DNA of 64,000 bases from Myxococcota bacterium. Its GTDB lineage: Bacteria; Myxococcota_A; SURF-8. The notes under the pieces are model-generated. The model was not told where the DNA came from. It searched no databases and saw nothing but the letters and a program-made list of their open reading frames with translations. Shown here piece by piece: positions 50,427 through 59,089 of this stretch (its first letter is position 1; each line of letters begins with the position of its first letter). The stretch spans positions 1,664,001-1,728,000 of the forward strand of contig CAXXQS010000002.1 in the NCBI GenBank assembly GCA_963674735.2. Direction: 5' to 3'. Both the position numbers and the translations under genes were made by a program.

Positions 50427-51200
50427 ATGGATCTGGCAACCATTATCGGATTGGTAGGTGCCTTTGGCGTGGTGATCGCCGGTATTCTGGTCGGATCGTC
50501 GATTCTCATTTTTATCGATATTCCGTCCGTCCTGATCGTCGGTATCGGCACTCTTTTTGCCGCGACGTCCGCCTATCGGCTCGGTGATATGGTCAATCTT
50601 GTGCGTGTGCTTAAAAACGCGTTTTTCACCTCGCAAAAACCCATCCAGAACATCGCTCGCACCATGATTGAGATGTCCATCCGGGCTAGAAAAGAGGGCT
50701 TGCTGGCGCTGGAGTCCATGCTCGGCGAAACCAAAGACGCTTTTTTAAGCAAGGGCATCCAATTGGTTGTGGATGGTCATGAAGTCGAAGATGTCGATAA
50801 AATTCTTTCTGCGGAAATCGAAGCGATCGAAACGCGTCACACCTTGAGTTCCGAGATCTTTTCCACCCTCGGAGCTTTCGCCCCGGCGCTTGGTTTGATC
50901 GGTACCCTGATCGGTCTGATCCAGATGCTTCAAAACATGGATGATCCGTCCAGTATTGGTCCGGCCATGTCGGTCGCCCTGATCACGACGTTCTACGGCG
51001 CTATTCTGGCCAACATGGTGTTCAATCCCTTGGCGAACAAACTTACCGTTCGAGCCAAGGAAGAAACCGAGATGAAAGAGATGGTTCTCTCCGGAATCCT
51101 GGCCATCTCAAATGGAGACAACCCGCGTATCGTGGAACAGAAATTGAATGCGTATCTATCCCCGAGTCAGCAGATCGATATGTTCGGCGCGGACGATTAG
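50427..51200 (+). CDS. motA: Flagellar stator A subunit (MotA/PomA)
   Basis: MDLATIIG, ARKEGLLALE, APALGLIGTLIGLIQML and ALITTFYG. Confidence 0.95.
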   Translation: MDLATIIGLVGAFGVVIAGILVGSSILIFIDIPSVLIVGIGTLFAATSAYRLGDMVNLVRVLKNAFFTSQKPIQNIARTMIEMSIRARKEGLLALESMLGETKDAFLSKGIQLVVDGHEVEDVDKILSAEIEAIETRHTLSSEIFSTLGAFAPALGLIGTLIGLIQMLQNMDDPSSIGPAMSVALITTFYGAILANMVFNPLANKLTVRAKEETEMKEMVLSGILAISNGDNPRIVEQKLNAYLSPSQQIDMFGADD

Positions 51201-51221
51201 GCCTTAGGCGGAGTTGGATAA

Positions 51222-51938
51222 ATGTCCAAGCGCAAGAAAAAAGAAAAAGAACCCAAGGCAGACAGCTTTACTGCCCTGTTTCTGGCTCTTACCATCATCC
51301 TGCTGGCCTTCTTTATTCTGTTGAATTCGATTGCTGAATTGGATACGCAACGCTGCAAGCGGGCCTTACGTTCTTTCCAGGCCGCTCGTGCCGGGATGGG
51401 GATCTTCGGTATGGGTATTGGACTGGATGAAACCAGCAAAAGTCCCGGTGGACCCGACTCGAAACTGACTATTTTAGACAACGTCCACGATCTCATTCAG
51501 CAATCGCTGACCAAATGGGGTGAAGGAAAAACTTGGATCGATGCTTACGAGGATGAGCGGCGATTGGTTATCAGTCTTCAGGATGTCGCGGTTTTCGATG
51601 CAGGTTCGCAAACCCTGCATCCGCGCATTTTCGGCTTTCTTGATGGTGTTGGGCAGATTGCCAAGCGTATTCAGGTTCCGATCACCATTCAAGGGCATTC
51701 CGATGCGACACCCTCGGGTGGTAAAGCCAGCAACTGGGAATTGTCGGCCGCTCGCGCCGGGGAAGTGGCCCGCTATATGACCGAAGGCGTGCATCTCCCG
51801 GAATCGTTGGTTGAAGCCGAGGCGTTTAGCTCCAATCGCCCCATTGCCGACAATTCGACCGCTGAAGGGCAGAATCGCAATCGCCGTGTCGATATGGTTT
51901 TCTATAAACGTGATTTGAATCGGCTTAAGGGACAGTAA
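51222..51938 (+). CDS. motB: MotB-like protein 1 (OmpA-like domain intact, TM Asp absent)
   Basis: TM SFTALFLALTIILLAFFILL; IQGHSD, SNWELSAARA and NRRVD. Confidence 0.8.
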   Translation: MSKRKKKEKEPKADSFTALFLALTIILLAFFILLNSIAELDTQRCKRALRSFQAARAGMGIFGMGIGLDETSKSPGGPDSKLTILDNVHDLIQQSLTKWGEGKTWIDAYEDERRLVISLQDVAVFDAGSQTLHPRIFGFLDGVGQIAKRIQVPITIQGHSDATPSGGKASNWELSAARAGEVARYMTEGVHLPESLVEAEAFSSNRPIADNSTAEGQNRNRRVDMVFYKRDLNRLKGQ

Positions 51939-52678
51939 TGGCCAAGCCCGATAAAAATGCATGGATGGCGACTTTTTCGGATCTGGTGACTCTGTTGATC
52001 ACCTTCTTCGTGTTGTTGCTGACCATGTCCACCCTCGATAGCAGCCGTCTCAAGGAAATGTTTCAGTATTTTCCAGGAGCCAGCATGAATTTCGAAGGCG
52101 GTGCCTTTACTCAGCCTCCCAAAAGCCTGGTTGAAAAGATGCGAATCACCAGCCGGATCGGCCAGAAACGCTGGCTCGATGAGCATGATACGGAAACTTT
52201 TCAGGTTTTGACCCGCTGGCTGGAAGAACAGAAGCTTACGGATCACATGAAAGTGGTACGTCGTCAAGATGCTTTCGAAATCCACCTGGAGAATACAATC
52301 GCTTTTGCACCGGGAGCTTTGAATTTGAAGCCGCAGGTCGTTCCATTTTTCAAAGAAATCAAGGCTATGCTTGATGCGCAGAAAGACGTTCGGCTGCGTG
52401 TGGAGGTTGTGGCATCGGATAAAAGTGAACTTGACTATCAGAAAAAGTATACGTCTTTGTGGCAGTTGGCCGCCAAACGCGGTGATTCGATTATGACGCT
52501 CTTGGAACGCCGTCTTGGAGCGGATCCCAAGCGTTTGTCGATGATGGGTTATGGCGTTCCCCGACCTGTTACACAAAAAGGCGTGACCGACAAAAAAGAA
52601 AGTTTCGAAAACCGAATCGATCTGGTGTTCGTTGAAAATGACGATCCCAGCCGAAAAATCAACGCGAGGGAGGAGTGA
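51938..52678 (+). CDS. motB: MotB-like protein 2 (TM Asp present, OmpA-like domain degenerate)
   Basis: AWMATFSDLVTLLITFFVLL; VEVVASD, SLWQLAAKRG and ENRID replace the GHTD, NWELS and NRRV motifs. Confidence 0.85.
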   Translation: MAKPDKNAWMATFSDLVTLLITFFVLLLTMSTLDSSRLKEMFQYFPGASMNFEGGAFTQPPKSLVEKMRITSRIGQKRWLDEHDTETFQVLTRWLEEQKLTDHMKVVRRQDAFEIHLENTIAFAPGALNLKPQVVPFFKEIKAMLDAQKDVRLRVEVVASDKSELDYQKKYTSLWQLAAKRGDSIMTLLERRLGADPKRLSMMGYGVPRPVTQKGVTDKKESFENRIDLVFVENDDPSRKINAREE

Positions 52679-52682
52679 GAGG

Positions 52683-53222
52683 ATGGCGAAAAAGGACGAC
52701 GAAAACACCAATGAAGAAGGACAAAAGACCAAACCGGAGAAAAGTGGCGGAAGCCCTCTGGTTGTGATTCTTCTGGCTCTGAACATGTTGCTGGTTGCCG
52801 GTGTCGGTGCTTATGTCGTTTTCTTCGGTGGGATTGGGCAGGCTCCTGAAAAAGCGAATGATACGGTTGAAGCCGAACAAACCGAAGAATCGGATGAAAA
52901 GAAAGACACGGGTGTTACGATCGGACCGATTGTCGAAATGCAGCCGTTTCTGGTTAACCTGGATGAACCGGGAACCAATCGCTATCTCAAGGCGTCGATT
53001 CAATTGGAATTGGATGGACCCAATGGACAGACGGAAGCGCAGACACGCCAGGTTCCGCTTCGCGATCTGATTATTACCTATCTGTCGTCACTGAATTACA
53101 GTCAGACCCAGGGAGTGGTCAACAAGGAAATTATTCGAACTTCGATGATCAAGCAAATCAACGAAGTGCTTCGTCAAGGCAAAGTGAACAACCTTTACTT
53201 TACGGAGTTTGTGATTCAGTAG
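52683..53222 (+). CDS. fliL: Flagellar basal body-associated protein FliL
   Basis: N-terminal TM, FLVNL, RYLK and LYFTEFVIQ. Confidence 0.93.
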   Translation: MAKKDDENTNEEGQKTKPEKSGGSPLVVILLALNMLLVAGVGAYVVFFGGIGQAPEKANDTVEAEQTEESDEKKDTGVTIGPIVEMQPFLVNLDEPGTNRYLKASIQLELDGPNGQTEAQTRQVPLRDLIITYLSSLNYSQTQGVVNKEIIRTSMIKQINEVLRQGKVNNLYFTEFVIQ

Positions 53223-53248
53223 GGCGGCCTCCGCCAGGGAGAAACATC

Positions 53249-54259
53249 ATGGATCAAGTCCTCTCGCAAAACGAAGTCAATGCACTGCTTGACGCTGTCA
53301 ACGATGGTCGTGTTGCGGTTGACCCCCTGAAAGAAGACCGTGCACCGGGCGAAGACTTCGAATATTACGATCTTGCCAGTACCGACAAGATTATTCGTGG
53401 ACGGATGGCGGGTTTGGAGATTGTGAACGATCGTCTCACCCGCTATCTGCAAATCTCCATGTCTTCGCTGTTGCGTAAAGTGGTTGAGGTACAACTTGAG
53501 TTCTCCGGTCTGATGAAATACGGCGAATTCATCAATCAACTGGTTGCTCCAACGGCACTCACGATGATCAAGATGTCGCCACTTCGCGGCATTGCCATCG
53601 TTGGGGTCGAAACCCGCTTTGTTTTCAGCATGGTGAACAACTTCTTCGGCGGTCTCGGCGAGGGAGACAAAGACGTGGGTTCGTTGGAATCACGTGATTT
53701 CACCATGATTGAGAATAATATCGTTCGCAAAGTCGTGCGGACCATTATCGCCGAACTGAAGCGTGCATGGCAGCCGGTTTACGAAATCAATCCGACTTTT
53801 TTGCGCACCGAAACCAATCCGCAGTTTGTTGGAGCGGTGCCGAATGCGGATGTGGTGATCAATACCCAGTTCACGATCGAGTTTGAAAATGCGGTCGGTG
53901 TTCTCAATTTGGTCATTCCATATGCGATGGTTGAGCCGATCAAGCAAATCCTCACGATTTCCAATCAGAATGAGGAAGACGAACTGGATCAGCATTGGAT
54001 TCAACGCTTGAAAGAAGAAATGCTGAAGGCTAAGGTCAATATGCTTGTGGAGTTGGGGAGAGCGAGCTTGACGGTTGAGGAAGTGCGCAATCTCGAGGTC
54101 GGAGATGTCTTGATGTTGGATTCCGATTCGACCAAGCCTCTGATATTGAAAATCGAGAATGTCCCGAAAATGAAAGGGATGCCCATTATTCACAAGGGTC
54201 ATGTCGCTTTGCGTCTGACTGAAGCTTCGATCGAAACCGGACCGCAGGTTTCACTTTAA
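53249..54259 (+). CDS. fliM: Flagellar motor switch protein FliM
   Basis: VLSQNEVNALL (CheY-binding), RDFT.IE and ETNPQF. Confidence 0.95.
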   Translation: MDQVLSQNEVNALLDAVNDGRVAVDPLKEDRAPGEDFEYYDLASTDKIIRGRMAGLEIVNDRLTRYLQISMSSLLRKVVEVQLEFSGLMKYGEFINQLVAPTALTMIKMSPLRGIAIVGVETRFVFSMVNNFFGGLGEGDKDVGSLESRDFTMIENNIVRKVVRTIIAELKRAWQPVYEINPTFLRTETNPQFVGAVPNADVVINTQFTIEFENAVGVLNLVIPYAMVEPIKQILTISNQNEEDELDQHWIQRLKEEMLKAKVNMLVELGRASLTVEEVRNLEVGDVLMLDSDSTKPLILKIENVPKMKGMPIIHKGHVALRLTEASIETGPQVSL

Positions 54260-54274
54260 ACAACGGAGAAAACC

Positions 54275-54685
54275 ATGAGCAATCCCATGGATGGACTGGA
54301 AGGTCTGAAAAACGAGCTGGATCGTATGGTGGAAGCCAACGAAGGCCGCGATGATGAGGAACCGGCGAATAAATCCGGTGACGCAGGGACGGCCGAAATC
54401 AGCGAAGGTGACAAAACACGCAAGAAAAATCTCAATCTCATTCTGGACATCCCCTTGGAGGTTTCGGTGGAGTTGGGACGCAACAAGATGCTGATCAACG
54501 ACTTGCTCCAACTTGGACGTGGATCGGTGATCGAATTGAACAAGCTGGCCGGTGAACCGCTTGAAGTGCTTGTGAACGGTCGCCTGGTCGCCCGGGGCGA
54601 GGTTGTGGTTCTGCATGACAAATTTGGTGTGCGCCTGACCGACATCATTTCGCCGACCGAACGAATCCAACAGTTGGTGGGTTAA
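54275..54685 (+). CDS. fliN: Flagellar motor switch protein FliN
   Basis: [27 protein letters not shown] and ARGEVVV...FGVR. Confidence 0.95.
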   Translation: MSNPMDGLEGLKNELDRMVEANEGRDDEEPANKSGDAGTAEISEGDKTRKKNLNLILDIPLEVSVELGRNKMLINDLLQLGRGSVIELNKLAGEPLEVLVNGRLVARGEVVVLHDKFGVRLTDIISPTERIQQLVG

Positions 54686-54700
54686 CGCGAGGATAATCCC

Positions 54701-56035
54701 ATGCCACGCTTCGTTTCTCTAATTTTGGTGCTTCTGGTGTGTCTGATCGCTTATGCACCGGAAGTCAAGGCGGCCAAAGCGACACGGACTTTGACCGGGA
54801 TCGATTTCAGTGCGGATGATGCCCTTTCACAGATTCATCTGGCCTTTGAGGGAGATACGGCTCGCCCCCTGGGACGCGTGTATTACTCAGACAAACTTAT
54901 CCGTGTCGTTATCAGCAAAACAAGTTTGGCGAAGGGGCAGAAGAAACTACTGATCACTCCCAAAGACGATCTGGTGACCAAGGTATATGCCTATCCGCGC
55001 AAGGGTGCCATTCAACTGAAGATTTATCTGAAAAAGAAGGTTCAGTCGATTATGGAACGTATCGACTTTGAACCTGGCGCAACCGTCTCGACCATCAGCT
55101 TTCGAAAAGAGCCGTTTTACACCAGATTGGCACAGAGGGAGCGCCCGGGTGCTCAGATCGTTCAAGTGATTGAAACGGGGACGAAAACACCGGATATGGC
55201 GGATGACGAAGAAAAACCGACGGCCGCGACGGTGAATAGCCTCCTGCCTTTGGTTAACCCCAAGCGCAATCCAGCAGCGTCCGCCACCCCCGATCCTTTG
55301 GCGGAAGCCGCGCGCCAGAAAACCCTGGCGCAACTGTTGGGTGAAGATGCGGAAGAGGCGACGGCGGGTGTCGGAGAGAAGAAAAACGACGAGCTCATTG
55401 CCGCAGCCAAAGAAAACAAAGCGAAAGATGTCGCCGCCGATGCAGGCAAGCCACCGTCGGACCCGATGCTGGACGACAGCAAAGTCGAAACCGTGTTGCC
55501 GAATATGGGTGAAAAACGAGATGGGATTCAGGGAGTCGGGGATTTCGCACCCGACCTCACCAACCTGTATTGGATGGCGGGGATGATGGTCTTGGTGGCT
55601 CTGCTGTGGTTACTCGCTCGTCGCGGAAAACTGATGAATCTGCAAGGGGTTAATGGCCCGCTGAAGGTGATCAAATCGCAAAGTCTGGGGGGCAAGCAGC
55701 GGCTGTTGATTGTCGAAGTGGAGGGCAAGCGGCTTTTACTGTCTTCATCGGACAAAGAACTTCGGCTGATCACGGAAATCGATCGTGACGGGGCCGCCGA
55801 TGAGCAGATGAAGGCTGCGTTGATGTCCGGAATCAAAACTTCCGAGGCGAACGCTCAAGACCCCAACTTGCGAGTGGTTCGGGAAAAGAAGCCGGGGATC
55901 GCCAAAGCGCGGCCCGCGGCCAAACCGCCGGTCGCCTCTGGGGAGCGTCCGTCATATTTTGGCTTTAAGGATGGTTCAAAACCGGCGGAAACCGGCCTTC
56001 GGGAAAAGCTTCGAGCTTTACGTAGGGGAAGGTGA
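54701..56035 (+). CDS. fliO: Long FliO with N-terminal periplasmic (AMIN-like) extension
   Basis: Lies between fliN and fliP; a TM is followed by LKVI..QSLGGKQRLLIVEVEGKRLLL. Confidence 0.75.
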   Translation: MPRFVSLILVLLVCLIAYAPEVKAAKATRTLTGIDFSADDALSQIHLAFEGDTARPLGRVYYSDKLIRVVISKTSLAKGQKKLLITPKDDLVTKVYAYPRKGAIQLKIYLKKKVQSIMERIDFEPGATVSTISFRKEPFYTRLAQRERPGAQIVQVIETGTKTPDMADDEEKPTAATVNSLLPLVNPKRNPAASATPDPLAEAARQKTLAQLLGEDAEEATAGVGEKKNDELIAAAKENKAKDVAADAGKPPSDPMLDDSKVETVLPNMGEKRDGIQGVGDFAPDLTNLYWMAGMMVLVALLWLLARRGKLMNLQGVNGPLKVIKSQSLGGKQRLLIVEVEGKRLLLSSSDKELRLITEIDRDGAADEQMKAALMSGIKTSEANAQDPNLRVVREKKPGIAKARPAAKPPVASGERPSYFGFKDGSKPAETGLREKLRALRRGR

Positions 56036-56039
56036 AAGC

Positions 56040-56813
56040 ATGAACTGGCAGCGCCTCGGTATCTGGATGGGGATGGCGGTTCTCATAACCCTTTGTTTCA
56101 CGGCGTTTGGGTCCGAATTCGCGAATGCAGCCCCGGTGGAACTGCCCAAAATATCAATTGAAATGGGGCAGGAAGGTGAGCCGGGACGCGTGGTCGGTAC
56201 GTTGAAAATCCTCTTCCTGGTCACGATTTTGGCTTTGGCGCCGACATTTCTTATCACGATGACCTCATTCACACGCATTGTGGTGGTCTTTTTCTTTTTA
56301 CGACAAGCGATGAGTACGCAGCAGACACCGCCCAATACGGTTTTAATCGGGCTGGCGATGTTTCTGACCTTCTTTATCATGAAACCCGTGTTCATCGATA
56401 TCAATGATAATGCGTTGCAGCCGTACTTGAATGAGGAAGTTAGTCAGGAAGATGCTTTCGAGACGGCTTCCAAACCGCTAAAGGCGTTCATGCTCAAACA
56501 GACGCGTGAAAACGATCTGGCTTTGTTTTATACGATTTCCGGCAGCGCAAAACCGACGACCGCTCTTGAAGTGCCATTCCACTTGGCCGTTCCGGCGTTT
56601 ATTATCTCGGAATTGAAAACGGCCTTCCAGATCGGTTTTCTGATTTATCTTCCCTTCCTGATCCTCGATATGGTTATTGCTTCGGTTCTGATGGCCATGG
56701 GTATGATGATGTTGCCGCCGGTCATCATTTCGTTGCCCTTCAAGATCATGCTGTTTGTTTTGATCGACGGTTGGAATCTGGTTGTCGGTTCCCTAGTGAA
56801 GTCATTCAATTAG
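56040..56813 (+). CDS. fliP: Flagellar export protein FliP
   Basis: MTSFTRIVVV, PAFIISELKTAFQIGF and MGMMMLPP..ISLPFK. Confidence 0.96.
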   Translation: MNWQRLGIWMGMAVLITLCFTAFGSEFANAAPVELPKISIEMGQEGEPGRVVGTLKILFLVTILALAPTFLITMTSFTRIVVVFFFLRQAMSTQQTPPNTVLIGLAMFLTFFIMKPVFIDINDNALQPYLNEEVSQEDAFETASKPLKAFMLKQTRENDLALFYTISGSAKPTTALEVPFHLAVPAFIISELKTAFQIGFLIYLPFLILDMVIASVLMAMGMMMLPPVIISLPFKIMLFVLIDGWNLVVGSLVKSFN

Positions 56814-56841
56814 TGTCGTTACGGCATGAGGCAGGTGAGCC

Positions 56842-57114
56842 ATGACTCCGGAATACGTTCTCTCGCTCGGCAGCCAGGCGCTTTTGACGGCGCTGTCTAT
56901 CGCGGCGCCTATGCTGATGGTCGGTCTGGTTGTGGGGTTAAGCATTTCGTTGTTTCAAGCCGTAACGCAGATCAATGAAGTTTCGCTGGCCTTTATCCCC
57001 AAAATTATCGCCATGATTGTCTCGTTGCTGACTTTCTCAGGATGGATGCTCGACAAGCTGATGACGTTGGCAATAGATCTGTTCAATCAGATTCCCAATG
57101 TCGGGCCTAACTGA
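56842..57114 (+). CDS. fliQ: Flagellar export protein FliQ
   Basis: ISLFQAVTQINE.SLAFIPK. Confidence 0.96.
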   Translation: MTPEYVLSLGSQALLTALSIAAPMLMVGLVVGLSISLFQAVTQINEVSLAFIPKIIAMIVSLLTFSGWMLDKLMTLAIDLFNQIPNVGPN

Positions 57115-57116
57115 TC

Positions 57117-57890
57117 ATGTTGATTTCCGCTTTTTTCGATCACATGACACCGTTGTTTCTGATTTTGGCACGTGTCAGTGGACTCGTTGTGACGGCTCCG
57201 TTCTGGTCGAGTGGCGCGATTTCGGCACGGATCAAGATGGCTATTGTGGTGATGATTACGTTGTCGCTGCATTTCGGCATGGGTATCGGTGCTGAACTCA
57301 CTGGTTTCAACCTCAGTTTTGCGATTCTGGGACTCATATCCGAAATCCTGGTCGGTGCCGGAATGGGCTTGGTAATGGCCCTTATTTTCGCTGCTATCGG
57401 TTATGCCGGTGCAATCATCGCTCCGCAAATGGGTTTAGCGATCAGCCAGCTTATGGATCCTCAAAGCGAGTCTATGCAGCCGTTACTCGCCGCTTTTCTG
57501 AATTTACTGGCCGTAATGTTTTTCCTGGCCATCGATGGTCATTTGATGATTCTTCGCTCTTTGCACGACAGTTTTCGGCTTATTCCCCTGGCCGGTTTTT
57601 CGGTGACGGGCGGTTTCGTCAAAGGCTTGTTGGATACCGGGTCGCACATGTTTGTGGTGGCGTTCAAACTGTGCTCTCCCGTTTTGGGAGTCATCATGTT
57701 TCTCAATATCGGGATGGCGCTTCTGGCGCGCGCGGTTCCGCAGGTCAACGTTATCGTGGTCGGATTTATCGTGACGATTTCGGTTGGAATGCTGACTTTC
57801 CTGTTGATGCTGCCACAGGCCGGACCCTTTTTGCAGGATGTGATGATGGATGCGGTTTCGCGTATGATGTGGCTTTTAAAAACGGTGTAA
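57117..57890 (+). CDS. fliR: Flagellar export protein FliR
   Basis: QMGL....MDP, FLAIDGH and LARAVPQVNV. Confidence 0.93.
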   Translation: MLISAFFDHMTPLFLILARVSGLVVTAPFWSSGAISARIKMAIVVMITLSLHFGMGIGAELTGFNLSFAILGLISEILVGAGMGLVMALIFAAIGYAGAIIAPQMGLAISQLMDPQSESMQPLLAAFLNLLAVMFFLAIDGHLMILRSLHDSFRLIPLAGFSVTGGFVKGLLDTGSHMFVVAFKLCSPVLGVIMFLNIGMALLARAVPQVNVIVVGFIVTISVGMLTFLLMLPQAGPFLQDVMMDAVSRMMWLLKTV

Positions 57891-57901
57891 AGGCATAGAG
57901 G

Positions 57902-59008
57902 ATGGCCGAAGACCAATTCGAAAAGACAGAGCCCGCAACCCCACGGCAGCGGAAGCAATTTCGCGAAAAGGGGCAGGTGGCCAAGAGCAAGGAAATCACG
58001 ACCTTGTTTACACTTCTTGGGTGTCTGGTCTATTTTTATTTCTTCGGTGCACAGATTTTCGAAGATGTTGCCAATATTCTACGAACGAACTTTGATCTGG
58101 CGGGGGAATTGGATCTTGACGCGGAGCGCATGCAGGCGCTTTTCGTTGTCAATATCGAGTTGTTCGCTAGAATAGTCGGGCCGTTTTTTGTAATGATTTT
58201 AGTGCTGACGCTTCTTCCCAATGTCGTGCAAACAGGTTGGTTGTTCACCGCCAAACCGCTGGCCCCCGATCTTACGCGTATTGATCCCATTTCGAACTTC
58301 AAACAGAAATTTCTTACTATTCGTTTGTTCACGGATACGGGGATCAACATTCTCAAGATCGGAGTTCTCGCTGCTGTGGTCTACATGATTATCAGCAATG
58401 AAATGCAAACGTTGATGAGCTTCCTGTTTATGTCTGAGTTGGCTGTTTCACGCACCATCATGATGACAATCTTGGATATCATGTTGAAGACCATCCTCTT
58501 TTTCATCGTGGTGGCGGCCATCGATTTTGCCAAGCAATGGCACCAGCTCGAACAACAGATGCGCATGACCAAGCAGCAGGTCAAGGATGAGTTTAAGGAT
58601 ACCGAGGGTAATCCTCAGGTCAAAGGCCAGATGCGCCAACGCATGCGTGAAATCAGCATGAACAACATGATCGAATCGGTGCCGCAAGCCGATGTGGTGG
58701 TGACCAATCCAACGCATTTGGCGATTGCCATTCAATACGATCCGGCCGTGGATGCCGCTCCGAAAGTTGTTGCTAAGGGACAAGGATTTTGGGCGGAACG
58801 CATCAAGATCATTGCCCGCGAAAGCGGAGTGGAAGTGGTTGAAGATAAGCTGTTGGCGCGGGCGATGTTTAAAACCGTCAAAATCGGGCAATCGATTCCT
58901 TCCAATTTCTATCGGGCCGTGGCCGAACTGCTGGCCCAGGTGTACAAGTTGAACAAGGAACGCGGCAAGAAGGTCGCGCCTCGCCGTCCTGTGAGAGCAC
59001 GCGCCTGA
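57902..59008 (+). CDS. flhB: Flagellar export protein FlhB
   Basis: EKTEPATP, MTKQQVKDEFK.TEGNP and the VVTNPTH autocleavage motif. Confidence 0.96.
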   Translation: MAEDQFEKTEPATPRQRKQFREKGQVAKSKEITTLFTLLGCLVYFYFFGAQIFEDVANILRTNFDLAGELDLDAERMQALFVVNIELFARIVGPFFVMILVLTLLPNVVQTGWLFTAKPLAPDLTRIDPISNFKQKFLTIRLFTDTGINILKIGVLAAVVYMIISNEMQTLMSFLFMSELAVSRTIMMTILDIMLKTILFFIVVAAIDFAKQWHQLEQQMRMTKQQVKDEFKDTEGNPQVKGQMRQRMREISMNNMIESVPQADVVVTNPTHLAIAIQYDPAVDAAPKVVAKGQGFWAERIKIIARESGVEVVEDKLLARAMFKTVKIGQSIPSNFYRAVAELLAQVYKLNKERGKKVAPRRPVRARA

Positions 59009-59033
59009 GGGGATTCGTTTTTTCATGTGAAAT

Positions 59034-59064
59034 GAAAAACCGGGACGCGTTCTGCGTCCCGGTT
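59034..59064. terminator. Terminator between convergent flhB and acyl-CoA dehydrogenase
   Basis: AACCGGGACGC-GTTCT-GCGTCCCGGTT preceded by an A-run (T-run on the minus strand). Confidence 0.75.
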
Positions 59065-59089
59065 CACATTTCGGTTGGAGCCGACCAAG

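Noticed and set aside
39336-59008. Injectisome-type T3SS
   Set aside because: Rod, hook, FliG/M/N, stator and FliL genes show that the cluster is flagellar.
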